A stretch of DNA of 64,000 nucleotides from Planctomycetota bacterium (lineage in GTDB: Bacteria > Planctomycetota > J058), in contig JAMLIC010000019.1 of the NCBI GenBank assembly GCA_023954375.1, positions 20,739 to 84,738 of the forward strand, written 5' to 3'. A program made the position numbers and the translations under genes. This document shows positions 39,323 through 47,927 of the stretch, in pieces (position 1 is the first letter of the stretch; every line of letters starts with the position of its first letter). Under the pieces are notes generated by a model that worked only from the letters and a program-made list of their open reading frames with translations, was not told where the DNA came from and ran no database searches.

Positions 39323-39877
39323 ATGGGTACCGTGGAGGCGGTCTTCGACCTCATCCGGGTGGCCCTGCTGTTCGTCACCGTCGCGGTCGCCGCGACGACC
39401 GACACCCTCTCCCGGCGCGTCCCCAACGTGGTCACCTACCCCGCCATGGCCCTCGGGCTCGCCCTGGGCTTCGGCATAGGCCAGGTGGGCCTCGACGCGA
39501 GCCTGGCCCAGCACCACCTCCTCAGCCACACCCTGGGCCTCCTCGTCGCCGCCGGGATCTTCCTCATCGCCTGGTGGGCGGGCGGCGTGAAGGGCGGCGA
39601 GGTGAAGCTGGCCGGCGCCGTGGGCGCGCTCGGCGGCCTGCAGTTCGCCGTGGCCGCCATGTTCTGGTCGAGCGTCATCGGCGCGATCATGGCCCTCTGG
39701 CTGCTGCTCCTCCGGGGCCGCCTGCTCGAGGGGCTGCGCCGGTCCGTCCGCTACGCCCTCTTGCTGCGCGCCGACCCGCCGCCCAAGGACGACCCGGCGC
39801 GCCTGTCGATCCCCTACGCGGTGGCGATCGCCTTCGGGACCGTCTGGACGTTCTTCCTCGTGGAGGCCACCCGGTGA
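39323..39877 (+). CDS. A24-family prepilin peptidase (CpaA/TadV-like) with a Glu at the second catalytic position
   Basis: ATG 39323 (Met14 of ORF 39284-39877). The first Asp motif is TTDTLSRRVPN. The second motif reads KGGEVKL where the family has GGGDVKL. Confidence 0.75.
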   Translation: MGTVEAVFDLIRVALLFVTVAVAATTDTLSRRVPNVVTYPAMALGLALGFGIGQVGLDASLAQHHLLSHTLGLLVAAGIFLIAWWAGGVKGGEVKLAGAVGALGGLQFAVAAMFWSSVIGAIMALWLLLLRGRLLEGLRRSVRYALLLRADPPPKDDPARLSIPYAVAIAFGTVWTFFLVEATR

Positions 39878-40521
39878 GCCCCTTCGCCCGCCTGCACCGG
39901 GACGAGGGCGGCCAGGCCATGGTCGAGTTCGTCCTCGTGTTCCCGATCCAGCTCCTCCTGACGCTCTCCGTCATCCAGTTCGCGTTCCTCGCCCACGCCC
40001 ATCTCGTCGTCCAGCAGGCCGCCTTCCTGGGCGCCCGCGCCGCCGCGGTCGCGGACGTGGGCCGGGGCGGGTTCACCGACGGGCGCGCCTGGCAGGTCGC
40101 CGGGAACCAGGTCGCCCGCCGGGTGGCGGCCCGCACCTGCGGCGTGCTCAGCTCCAACATGCCCATCGACGGGGAGGCCAGCGTCGACCAGGACGACCGG
40201 GCCGCCATGCGCTGGACCTCGTCGGAGGGGGGCACGGTCGGGTACTCGGAGCGGCGGATCCAGGAGGCCTTCAGGCACCTGGACGTGACGTTCACGCCGC
40301 ACCCGCAGGAGGGCTACGTCGCCTGCACCGTCAACTACGACTACGTGATGACGATCCCGGTCGCGAACCACATGTTCGCCAAGGCCCAGTTCATGCTCGA
40401 CTTCCGCGGGGGCGGCGACACGAACGCCTACAGGACCGAGGCGCAGCAGCGCCAGTGGACGGTCTTCCGCGTCAGGCAGGTGGCCTTCATCTCCACGCCG
40501 TGGACCAGGGAGCTCCGATGA
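39874..40521 (+). CDS. tadE: TadE-like pseudopilin
   Basis: GTG 39874 overlaps the upstream TGA. N-terminal GQAMVEFVLVFPIQLLL. Confidence 0.8.
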   Translation: MSPFARLHRDEGGQAMVEFVLVFPIQLLLTLSVIQFAFLAHAHLVVQQAAFLGARAAAVADVGRGGFTDGRAWQVAGNQVARRVAARTCGVLSSNMPIDGEASVDQDDRAAMRWTSSEGGTVGYSERRIQEAFRHLDVTFTPHPQEGYVACTVNYDYVMTIPVANHMFAKAQFMLDFRGGGDTNAYRTEAQQRQWTVFRVRQVAFISTPWTRELR

Positions 40522-42410
40522 TCGGCCTCTCGCGCCTCCGCGCCGGCGCCCGGCGCCTCCACGAGGACGAGGAGGGCGCCGCGCTCGTCTTCGCGGTCAT
40601 CACCCTGTTCTCCCTGGCGCTCCTGGTGTTCATGGTCTTCCAGGTCGGCCTCGTGAGCGCCGACCGCCTGCAGATCCAGACCGCCGCGGACGCCGCCGCC
40701 TACTCCGGGGCGCAGGTCGAGGCGAACTCGCTCAACGCGATCGCGCAGCTCAACGACGGCATGACGTACGTCCACTACGCCACGCTGCGCTACGTGCTGG
40801 ACAACATCGTCTACGGGACGCTCAACACGTTCACCACGCACCCCCAGTGGCTCCGGCAGAACGACTCGACCAACCTCCTCGGCCAGAGCCCGCGCGGCGT
40901 CGTGCCCGGCGGCTGGGCGAAGGAGTACGGACCGGACATCCTCAACGAGCCGGCCCCCCCCTGGGTGATGCTCGGCAACGAGAGCGAGTGGGAGGAGCGC
41001 TGGAAGGCCGTCGAGAGCAACGGCCGGGCGGCGGTCACCGAGGGCAAGCGCTGGCTCCTCGAGCTGAACGCCGCGGCGCACCTGATCATGCAGAAGACGC
41101 CCGAGCTCGTGCGCGAGAGGGCGGCCGAGATCGCCTTCCTCAACGGGGCGTCGCACGTGGCGATCTCGAGCGACCTCGAGCACGCGTTCAAGGCGAACCG
41201 GGACGGCAGCGACGAGGCGGGCTTCGTCGCCGCCCAGGGCGACCGCGAGGGCGAGGTGGCGGCCGCGCTCCCGCACCGCTACGAGGCGCGGCGGATCAAG
41301 GTCGACGACACGCCGCGCAGGCTGGTCGGGCCGAGCACCTGGTTCGACCCGCGGACCGGCAAGCGGGTGGGGGCGGGCTACTCCCAGGTGCGGATCTGCT
41401 GGAGCCGCGCCGACTGGGCCCACCGCGGCGGCGGCCAGCCCGACCTGCACATGGACCAGGACTCGCGCCTGCGGCGCTGGTACATGACGCCCAACGGCCA
41501 CTGGCACGCCCACCACGAGCACGTGTGGCTCGAGTACGACGAGAACGGCTTCCCGCGCGTGGAGCGGGACACCCACGGCGGCCTCGAGGGCTCGGGCAGC
41601 GGCCCGGTCCGCGAGAAGCAGTGCATGGGCGGCGGCGTGGGCGGCGGCCACATGGTCCCGACCGACGACGATCCGGAGATGCACCTCAAGGTGCAGATGG
41701 GCGGCTGGGGCCTCGACCCGTTCACGAGCAACCCGCTGCACCACGCCACGATCCGCTGCCCGACCTGCATGAGCAGCGACAGCAGCGCCGTGATGAACGG
41801 GCCGTTCTCGCAGGTCCGCAAGACGCAGGAGCGGGCGGAGCGGGACGGCGGGCTCGTCTACGAGCTCACGTTCGAGGGCGACGACTTCCCGAAGCCGCTG
41901 GTCGCCACGGCGGCGCTCCTGCGCAGCGGCGTGACGGTGGCCACCTGGCGGGAGAGCCACGGGATCGGCGACCTCCTGCCGCGCTCGCGCTGGGGCATGA
42001 TCGCCCTGGCCTCCGCCCAGGTGGGGCTGCTCGACCGTCAGGGGCGCGTCTTCGCCCTCGAGGAGCTCCAGTCCGGGCAGCGGGCCGTCTACGGCCAGGC
42101 GGGCGAGGTCCCGCTCGACATGACGCGAGACTCGCGCTACCGGAACCTCTTCTACTCCCACGACGACTCCCAGCTCCCCGGCGTGCGCTTCGGCGCGCGC
42201 CTGGTCCCCCTGCGGCGTGAGGAGACGCACCACCCCAAGCTGGCGCGGGGGGGCGCCGTCGACGAGCTCCTGCGCGACGGGTCGCGCTGGTGGACGACGG
42301 GCAACGCCTCGGGCGACCAGCAGCAGGGGGCCCCCCCGGGGCTGGACGCCCTGCGCCAGTGGGTCACGTTCAGCGACCTGCGCCACGTCCAGGAGACCCT
42401 GTGGCACTGA
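40518..42410 (+). CDS. tadG: TadG-like large pseudopilin (Tad_N-type N-terminus) with an unrecognised His/Cys-rich C-terminal region
   Basis: ATG 40518 is in an ATGA overlap. EEGAALVFAVITLFSLALLVFMVFQVG...LQIQTAADAAAYSGA. No vWA-like motif was seen by eye. Confidence 0.75.
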   Translation: MIGLSRLRAGARRLHEDEEGAALVFAVITLFSLALLVFMVFQVGLVSADRLQIQTAADAAAYSGAQVEANSLNAIAQLNDGMTYVHYATLRYVLDNIVYGTLNTFTTHPQWLRQNDSTNLLGQSPRGVVPGGWAKEYGPDILNEPAPPWVMLGNESEWEERWKAVESNGRAAVTEGKRWLLELNAAAHLIMQKTPELVRERAAEIAFLNGASHVAISSDLEHAFKANRDGSDEAGFVAAQGDREGEVAAALPHRYEARRIKVDDTPRRLVGPSTWFDPRTGKRVGAGYSQVRICWSRADWAHRGGGQPDLHMDQDSRLRRWYMTPNGHWHAHHEHVWLEYDENGFPRVERDTHGGLEGSGSGPVREKQCMGGGVGGGHMVPTDDDPEMHLKVQMGGWGLDPFTSNPLHHATIRCPTCMSSDSSAVMNGPFSQVRKTQERAERDGGLVYELTFEGDDFPKPLVATAALLRSGVTVATWRESHGIGDLLPRSRWGMIALASAQVGLLDRQGRVFALEELQSGQRAVYGQAGEVPLDMTRDSRYRNLFYSHDDSQLPGVRFGARLVPLRREETHHPKLARGGAVDELLRDGSRWWTTGNASGDQQQGAPPGLDALRQWVTFSDLRHVQETLWH

Positions 42411-43165
42411 CGAGCGAGCCGGGCGACGAGCCGCGCGGGCTGGCCGCCCTGCGTCATCTGCTGGTCGACGACGAGGGCGGCTCGGCCGCCGTCGAGTTCA
42501 TCGTCCTCATCCCGGTCTACGTCATCCTGCTCGCCGGCCTGTTCTCGATGTCGCAGCTCATGCTGGTGCGGCAGCGGGTCGTCATGGCGGCGCGCTACGA
42601 GGCCTGGAGCCCCGGCCACGGGCACGACCCCGAGGCCATGCGCTCGGCGTTCTTCCGCTTCCGCACGGGGGAGTGGAAGAGCACCCCCGATGAGCCCGTC
42701 GACCTCGACCTCAAGCTCGGGGGGTCGGAGCGGGGCCGCGAGCTCGCGGACCTGGTCCTCGAGAACAAGGTCGAGGGGCCCGACCACGCGGGCCATCCGC
42801 TCCGGAAGGTGAAGGTGAAGGGCGCCTTCGAGTGGTCGGGGCTGGTCTTCCTGCTGACCGGCGTCCAGCTCTCGGTGCGGACGGACTCCGCCGTCGTGCT
42901 GACCAACGACCACAAGCGTCCCATGTTCCAGGACGGCATGAGCGACGAGCACCCGATGGTCGGGGCGGTGGCCCTGAGCAACCTGCGGCAGGACGGGGCG
43001 TTCGACCCGATCGGCAAGGGGTTGAGCCCCAACCCCTACCGCTCGCCCGTCTTCGGCACCTTCCGGGAGGGGGGCGCCGACCCGGGGCTCTGGTCGCGCG
43101 ACGCGCGCCTTGGAGGCAACGTCATGGCCGAGCACGGGATCTATCGCCAGAAGATGGGTCAGTGA
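42401..43165 (+). CDS. tadE: Second TadE-like pseudopilin
   Basis: GTG 42401 lies 5 nt after AGGAG and overlaps the tadG end by 10 nt. GGSAAVEFIVLIPVYVILLAGLF. Confidence 0.7.
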   Translation: MALTSEPGDEPRGLAALRHLLVDDEGGSAAVEFIVLIPVYVILLAGLFSMSQLMLVRQRVVMAARYEAWSPGHGHDPEAMRSAFFRFRTGEWKSTPDEPVDLDLKLGGSERGRELADLVLENKVEGPDHAGHPLRKVKVKGAFEWSGLVFLLTGVQLSVRTDSAVVLTNDHKRPMFQDGMSDEHPMVGAVALSNLRQDGAFDPIGKGLSPNPYRSPVFGTFREGGADPGLWSRDARLGGNVMAEHGIYRQKMGQ

Positions 43166-43272
43166 CCCCGCTCGCGGTCCAGAGCTGCAACGGGAGACGA
43201 ATCGCGAGACGGATCTGGAATCGCACGTGACGGTCTGAGGGGCGTGGGGACCGAGTTCATGTATGTTGTGCG

Positions 43273-43288
43273 TGGCCCGGGCCTTGCG
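43273..43288 (+). promoter_or_regulatory. Candidate sigma54 (-24/-12) promoter for the long pilin gene
   Basis: TGGCCCGGGCCTTGCG matches TGGC-N7-TTGC exactly in spacing. It lies ~42 nt upstream of ATG 43330, in a 164-bp gap. Confidence 0.5.
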
Positions 43289-43329
43289 ACAGAGGAAAGA
43301 CGTCACCGGTTCTCGGGAGGATCGCAATC

Positions 43330-43674
43330 ATGATCACGCGGAAGAACTCTCGTCGGCGTCGGCTGGGCCAGGGGATGACCGAGTACGTGGTCATCGTCGG
43401 CCTCATCGGCCTCTGCCTCGTGGTGGCCGTCACGCGCTACGCCACCCAGGTCGAGGTCACGATCATCGGCTCGTCGGAAGAGTTCGACAGGAACAACGTC
43501 GGCTCGAACACCGGCCACAACAGCCGGAACCCGGACGCGCCGCCGCCTCCGGCCGGCACCCGGCCGCCCGCGGAGTGGGGGGAGCCGGACGGCCGCGGCA
43601 TCTACACCCACCCGAACGGCACGACGGGCCGCTGGAACGGCACCTCGATGGACATCATCCGCCCCAACCAGTAG
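43330..43674 (+). CDS. flp: Flp-type prepilin with a ~70-aa C-terminal extension (114 aa)
   Basis: GGGAGG lies upstream. MITRKNSRRRRLGQGMTEYVVIVGLIGLCLVVAV..., then a Pro-rich linker and the tail WGEPDGRGIYTHPNGTTGRWNGTSMDIIRPNQ. Confidence 0.8.
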   Translation: MITRKNSRRRRLGQGMTEYVVIVGLIGLCLVVAVTRYATQVEVTIIGSSEEFDRNNVGSNTGHNSRNPDAPPPPAGTRPPAEWGEPDGRGIYTHPNGTTGRWNGTSMDIIRPNQ

Positions 43675-43680
43675 CCGCGC

Positions 43681-44412
43681 TTGCTCCGCCGCGCCCCCAA
43701 CCTCCTCCTCGGCGCCGCGCTCACCGCGGCGCTCGTCTGGTTCGGGTTCCTGGTCACGGGGACGCGGGTGGACGCCCTCGTCGGCGGGCGGCCGGGGGGC
43801 CTCGCGCCGCTCCCGGGCTCCGAGGCCACCCACACGACAGTGCTCGTCGACGGGCAGCCGACGCGCGTGAGCGACTGCTGGCTGGCCACCCCGCCCGCCG
43901 GCGTCCTGGCCCGCTACGAGGCCCTGGCCGCGGCCGAGTCCCGCGCCAGCGGCGCCCCCTACGTGAAGCAGGAGGAGGCGGCGCTCGGCGGCGGCGTCCT
44001 CGTGTGGCGCGCCCCGGACGGGCGCCGGCGCGCCGTGTTCGTCGAGGCCGACGCGCTCGGCCGCAGCCGCTACCGCCTCCTCGAGGCCGACCCGCCGCGC
44101 GCGCCGACCCGGCGCCTGCCGCGCGGCCTCGAGCCCCCGCCGGGGGTCGAGGTGGTGCTCTCGCTCGAGCGCCCGGGCGGCGGCGGCTTCGCCCTCGTCC
44201 GCTCCCCCGCCCCCGTCCCTGCGGCCGCCGACGCCCTCCTCCGCGCCCTCGCCCGCGACGGCCTGACCGCCGAGCCCGCCGCCCTGGCCCTCCTCATCGC
44301 CGAGGGGACCGTGAGCCTGCCCCTCCAGGGCGCGGACGGCGCCGCCCGGGGGCTCCTGACCGTCGGCCCCGACGGCCAGGGTGGCGCGCGCGCCTCGCTC
44401 ACGCTCGACTAG
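43681..44412 (+). CDS. Hypothetical membrane-anchored protein in the Tad locus
   Basis: 243-aa ORF with a TTG start 6 nt after the pilin stop and an N-terminal TM helix (LLLGAALTAALVWFGFLV). No family recognised. Confidence 0.5.
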   Translation: MLRRAPNLLLGAALTAALVWFGFLVTGTRVDALVGGRPGGLAPLPGSEATHTTVLVDGQPTRVSDCWLATPPAGVLARYEALAAAESRASGAPYVKQEEAALGGGVLVWRAPDGRRRAVFVEADALGRSRYRLLEADPPRAPTRRLPRGLEPPPGVEVVLSLERPGGGGFALVRSPAPVPAAADALLRALARDGLTAEPAALALLIAEGTVSLPLQGADGAARGLLTVGPDGQGGARASLTLD

Positions 44413-44416
44413 GGGG

Positions 44417-44451
44417 CCGTCAGGAGCGAATCGGTGGTTCGATCCTGACGG
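44417..44451 (+). other. Strong hairpin between the pilin sub-cluster and cpaB
   Basis: CCGTCAGGA (44417-44425) pairs with TCCTGACGG (44443-44451), and an inner CGAA/TTCG extension is possible. It starts 5 nt after the stop at 44412. No U-tract. Confidence 0.4.
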
Positions 44452-44562
44452 CGCACCACCGGGCCCGGAGGGCCCGACGCGAGCGGGCGCAGGCGCGGCC
44501 CCTGCGCCTCCGGCGCGCTGGGCCGGCGCCCGCGTGGTTGTTAGGGTAGGAAGGGAGTCGCC

Positions 44563-45300
44563 GTGACCAACAAGCTCGCCCTCCTCGTCGCGGTCGCGCT
44601 GGGCGTCCTCTCGATCGTGGGCATCCGGCTCTACGTCGACAAGCTGGAGAAGCAGCAGCGCCTGGAGAAGAACCTCGTCGACGTCCTCATCGCCTCCCGC
44701 GACATCCAGGCCGGGCGGACGATGACCCGCGAGGACATCGAGATCGGGCAGTTCCCGGCCGCCTTCATGGAGGCGGCCTTCCGCAAGTCGAACGTCGGCG
44801 ACCTGAACACGATCGTCGGCGAGCGGACCGTCGAGCCGATCGCGGCGGGGCAGGTCCTGCAGCAGTACCACTTCAAGAAGCGGGAGCTGCGCCGGTTCAA
44901 CTTCGACAAGGAGTACCGGGCGATCACGATCCCGATGAACCGCGTCGGCGGCGTGGGCGGCCTGCTCCGCCCGGCGGACCAGGTCGACGTGCTCGTCAAC
45001 TCGCAGCTCTCCGACCAGACCGGCGCCCAGGTCACCGTGACGCGCGCCCTGTTCCGCAACGTGCTGATCCTGGCGCTCGACGGCAACACCGACCCGTTCG
45101 TCGACTTCGGCGGCTACGCGACGGTCACGCTGCGCCTGCGGCCCGAGGACTGCAACAAGCTCGCCTTCTGCCTCTACAACGGCGCGGCGATCCACCTGAC
45201 CTACGTGCAGCCCGGCACCCCGGAGCCCACCGGCTTCGACCCGGCGGTGGCGAACGACCTCTGGCGGGACATCAAGCAGGAGCTCCAGCAGCGGCGCTGA
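44563..45300 (+). CDS. cpaB: CpaB/RcpC-like Flp pilus assembly protein (SAF domain)
   Basis: 245 aa with a GTG start after GGAAGGGAG, an N-terminal TM helix, VLIASRDIQAGRTMTREDI (SAF-like) and a CpaB-type C-terminal domain. Confidence 0.85.
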   Translation: MTNKLALLVAVALGVLSIVGIRLYVDKLEKQQRLEKNLVDVLIASRDIQAGRTMTREDIEIGQFPAAFMEAAFRKSNVGDLNTIVGERTVEPIAAGQVLQQYHFKKRELRRFNFDKEYRAITIPMNRVGGVGGLLRPADQVDVLVNSQLSDQTGAQVTVTRALFRNVLILALDGNTDPFVDFGGYATVTLRLRPEDCNKLAFCLYNGAAIHLTYVQPGTPEPTGFDPAVANDLWRDIKQELQQRR

Positions 45301-45312
45301 GGAGGATCACGC

Positions 45313-47019
45313 GTGGCCTCGCTCATCGTCCGGGACACCAAGAACGGCCGCGTCAAGGAGGTGGAGCTCGCCAAGCGCCGCTTCACCGTCGGGCGCAGCG
45401 ACTGGAACGACCTCGTCCTGCCGCGGGACAGCGTCTCGCGCGAGCACTGCGTGGTGTTCGAGAAGGACGGCGGCTTCTTCGTCCGGGACCTGGGGTCGCG
45501 CGCGGGCACCGTGGTCGACGGGCAGCCCATCACCGGCGACGTGGCCCTGAAGGACGGGGTGCGCTTCGAGGTGGGCGAGTTCGAGTGCCAGTTCCGCGGG
45601 CAGCGCCAGCGCACCGGGCCCGACGACGAGCGCAAGGGCTCGGGGGTCGAGGCAGGCGGGCGGGCCGAGGTGCGGGCGATCAGCGGCGCCGGCGGCCCGG
45701 GCGAGGCGATGCGCGAGGCGAAGAAGCTCGTGCACCAGCTCCTGCTCGAGGCCAAGGAGCTGAAGCGCATCGACTTCGAGTCGACCCCGGGCGCCGAGGC
45801 CCGGCGCATGACCGAGCGGGTGGTCGTGCAGGTCATCAAGGACCTCGAGGAGCAGAGCAAGCTGCCCACGGCCCAGATCGACCGGCGCCGGCTGCTCAAG
45901 GAGGTCCTCGACGAGGCGCTCGGGCTCGGCCCGCTCGAGGAGCTCCTCGCCGACGACTCGATCTCCGAGATCATGGTCAACCGCTGGGACCAGATCTACA
46001 CCGAGAAGCGCGGCGTGGGCATGGTCCTGGCCCCCGTGCAGTTCACGTCGAACGACCAGGTGCTGCACGTCATCCGGCGCATCGTCGCGCCGATCGGCCG
46101 GCGCGTGAACGAGCAGTCGCCCCTCGTCGACGGGCGCCTCGCCGACGGCTCGCGCATCAACGCGATCATCCCGCCGCTCGCCGTCTCGGGCCCCAGCCTG
46201 ACGATCCGGAAGTTCCCCAAGGACCGCCTGGGCGTCCAGGACCTGATCAAGTTCGGCTCCATGACCCAGGAGATGGGCAAGTTCCTGGAGATCGCGGTCC
46301 GCGAGCGCCTGAACATCTGCATCAGCGGCGGCACGGGCTCCGGCAAGACGACGCTCCTCAACGTCGTCTCGAGCTTCATCGGCAAGCAGGAGCGGATCGT
46401 GACCGTCGAGGACGTGTCGGAGCTGCGCCTGCCGCAGGACCACGTCGTGACGCTCGAGACGCGCCCGGCCAACCTCGAGGGGCAGGGGGCGATCCACATC
46501 CGCGACCTGGTGAAGAACTGCCTGCGCATGCGCCCCGACCGCATCGTCGTCGGCGAGTGCCGCGGCGGCGAGGCGCTGGACATGCTCCAGGCCATGAACA
46601 CCGGCCACGACGGCTCGCTGACCACGATCCACAGCAACTCGCCGCGCGACTGCATCGCGCGCCTCGAGACGCTCGTGCTCATGGCCGGCATGGACCTGCC
46701 GTCGCGCGCCATCCGCGAGCAGATCGCGTCGGCCGTGCACCTGATCATCCAGCAGAGCCGCCTGCACGACGGCTCGCGCAAGGTCACGGCGATCACGGAG
46801 GTGACGGGGATCGAGAGCGGGGTGGTCACCCTGCAGGACATCTTCGTCTTCCAGCAGACGGGCTTCGACGAGAAGCACAAGGTGATCGGGTACCACGATG
46901 CCACGGGCAACGTGCCCAAGTTCGTGCAGCAGCTGAAGCGCCGCGGGATCGACGTCGACCTGAGCATCTTCACCCGGCGCCATCAGGCCGAGGACGGGCC
47001 GCGGAGGCGCCGCGGATGA
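45313..47019 (+). CDS. cpaF: CpaF/TadA-type secretion ATPase with an N-terminal FHA domain
   Basis: FHA: FTVGRSDWNDLVLPRDSVSREHCVVF...GSRAGTVVDGQPI. ATPase: Walker A GGTGSGKTT, Asp box, Walker B RPDRIVVGECRG, His box TGHDGSLTTIHSNS. Confidence 0.9.
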   Translation: MASLIVRDTKNGRVKEVELAKRRFTVGRSDWNDLVLPRDSVSREHCVVFEKDGGFFVRDLGSRAGTVVDGQPITGDVALKDGVRFEVGEFECQFRGQRQRTGPDDERKGSGVEAGGRAEVRAISGAGGPGEAMREAKKLVHQLLLEAKELKRIDFESTPGAEARRMTERVVVQVIKDLEEQSKLPTAQIDRRRLLKEVLDEALGLGPLEELLADDSISEIMVNRWDQIYTEKRGVGMVLAPVQFTSNDQVLHVIRRIVAPIGRRVNEQSPLVDGRLADGSRINAIIPPLAVSGPSLTIRKFPKDRLGVQDLIKFGSMTQEMGKFLEIAVRERLNICISGGTGSGKTTLLNVVSSFIGKQERIVTVEDVSELRLPQDHVVTLETRPANLEGQGAIHIRDLVKNCLRMRPDRIVVGECRGGEALDMLQAMNTGHDGSLTTIHSNSPRDCIARLETLVLMAGMDLPSRAIREQIASAVHLIIQQSRLHDGSRKVTAITEVTGIESGVVTLQDIFVFQQTGFDEKHKVIGYHDATGNVPKFVQQLKRRGIDVDLSIFTRRHQAEDGPRRRRG

Positions 47020-47924
47020 GCCACGACCTCCTCCTGGCCCTGCCGCTCCTGGCGCAGGTCGACGACGGCAGCCGGGTGCTCCTGCACCTGGTGACGCTGC
47101 TCGGCGGCCTGGGCATGTTCGTGTTCGTGTTCGTGGGCTACCTGCTCTTCTCGTCGGGGTGGGAGAGCTACGAGGAGAAGTACATCGAGGGCGCCGAGCG
47201 GACGCTCGACGACCTGTTCCTCACCATCCCGCCGCAGCAGCTCCTGTGGCTGACGATCCTGGGCGGCTTCGGCATGCTCACCGTCGTGTTCGTCCTCACC
47301 GACAGCCTGCTCGTCGGCGCCGCCGCGGCGCTGCCGGGGGGCCTGGCGCCCCGGGTGGCGCTGGCGTTGCTCAGGCGCGCCCGCCACAAGAAGTTCAACG
47401 AGCAGCTGGTCGAGTCCATGGTCACGATGACCAACGCCCTGCGCAGCGGCGTCGCCCTGCCCAAGGCCTTCCAGATCGTGGCCCACGACATGCCCAAGCC
47501 GATCTGCCAGGAGTTCGGCATCCTCGTCCAGGAGATGCGCCTCGGCATGGACGTGGAGGAGGCCATGGAGAGCATGCTCGAGCGCATGCCCGGCCAGGAC
47601 CTCCAGCTCGTGTGCACGTCCGTCGGCATCTCGAACTCGGTCGGCGGCAACCTGGCCGAGGTGTTCGAGCGCCTGGCGGAGACGATCCGCGAGCGCTACC
47701 GCATCGAGGGGCGCATCGACGCGCTCACCGCGCAGGGCAAGATCCAGGGGCTCATGGTCTCGGTCCTGCCCATCTTCGTGGGCATCATGATCTACTTGAT
47801 CGAGCCGGGGATGATGAGCCTCATGTTCACGCGCGTGGAGGGCTGGGTGGTCCTTGGCGTGATGGTGGTCATGGAGGGCCTCGGGTTCTTCTTCGTCCGC
47901 AAGGTGACGACGATCGAGGTCTGA
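47016..47924 (+). CDS. tadB: TadB-like inner-membrane platform protein (T2SSF domain)
   Basis: ATG 47016 is in an ATGA overlap. It has TM helices flanking a cytoplasmic T2SSF-like region (LRSGVALPKAFQIVAHDMP...QEMRLGMDVEEAM). Confidence 0.8.
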   Translation: MSHDLLLALPLLAQVDDGSRVLLHLVTLLGGLGMFVFVFVGYLLFSSGWESYEEKYIEGAERTLDDLFLTIPPQQLLWLTILGGFGMLTVVFVLTDSLLVGAAAALPGGLAPRVALALLRRARHKKFNEQLVESMVTMTNALRSGVALPKAFQIVAHDMPKPICQEFGILVQEMRLGMDVEEAMESMLERMPGQDLQLVCTSVGISNSVGGNLAEVFERLAETIRERYRIEGRIDALTAQGKIQGLMVSVLPIFVGIMIYLIEPGMMSLMFTRVEGWVVLGVMVVMEGLGFFFVRKVTTIEV

Positions 47925-47927
47925 GCC

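Noticed and set aside
44426-44460. tRNA 3'-end-like fragment (GGTTCGATCC...GCGCACCA) as a possible integration att site
   Set aside because: I could not fold a T-arm or acceptor stem with acceptable pairing in any register. The resemblance is limited to the TTCGA motif.
44505-44525. Second sigma54-like element upstream of cpaB (TGGGCCGGCGCCCGCG)
   Set aside because: Only the GG-N10-GC spacing matches, and the -12 TTGC is CCGC. Such matches are expected by chance in DNA this GC-rich.
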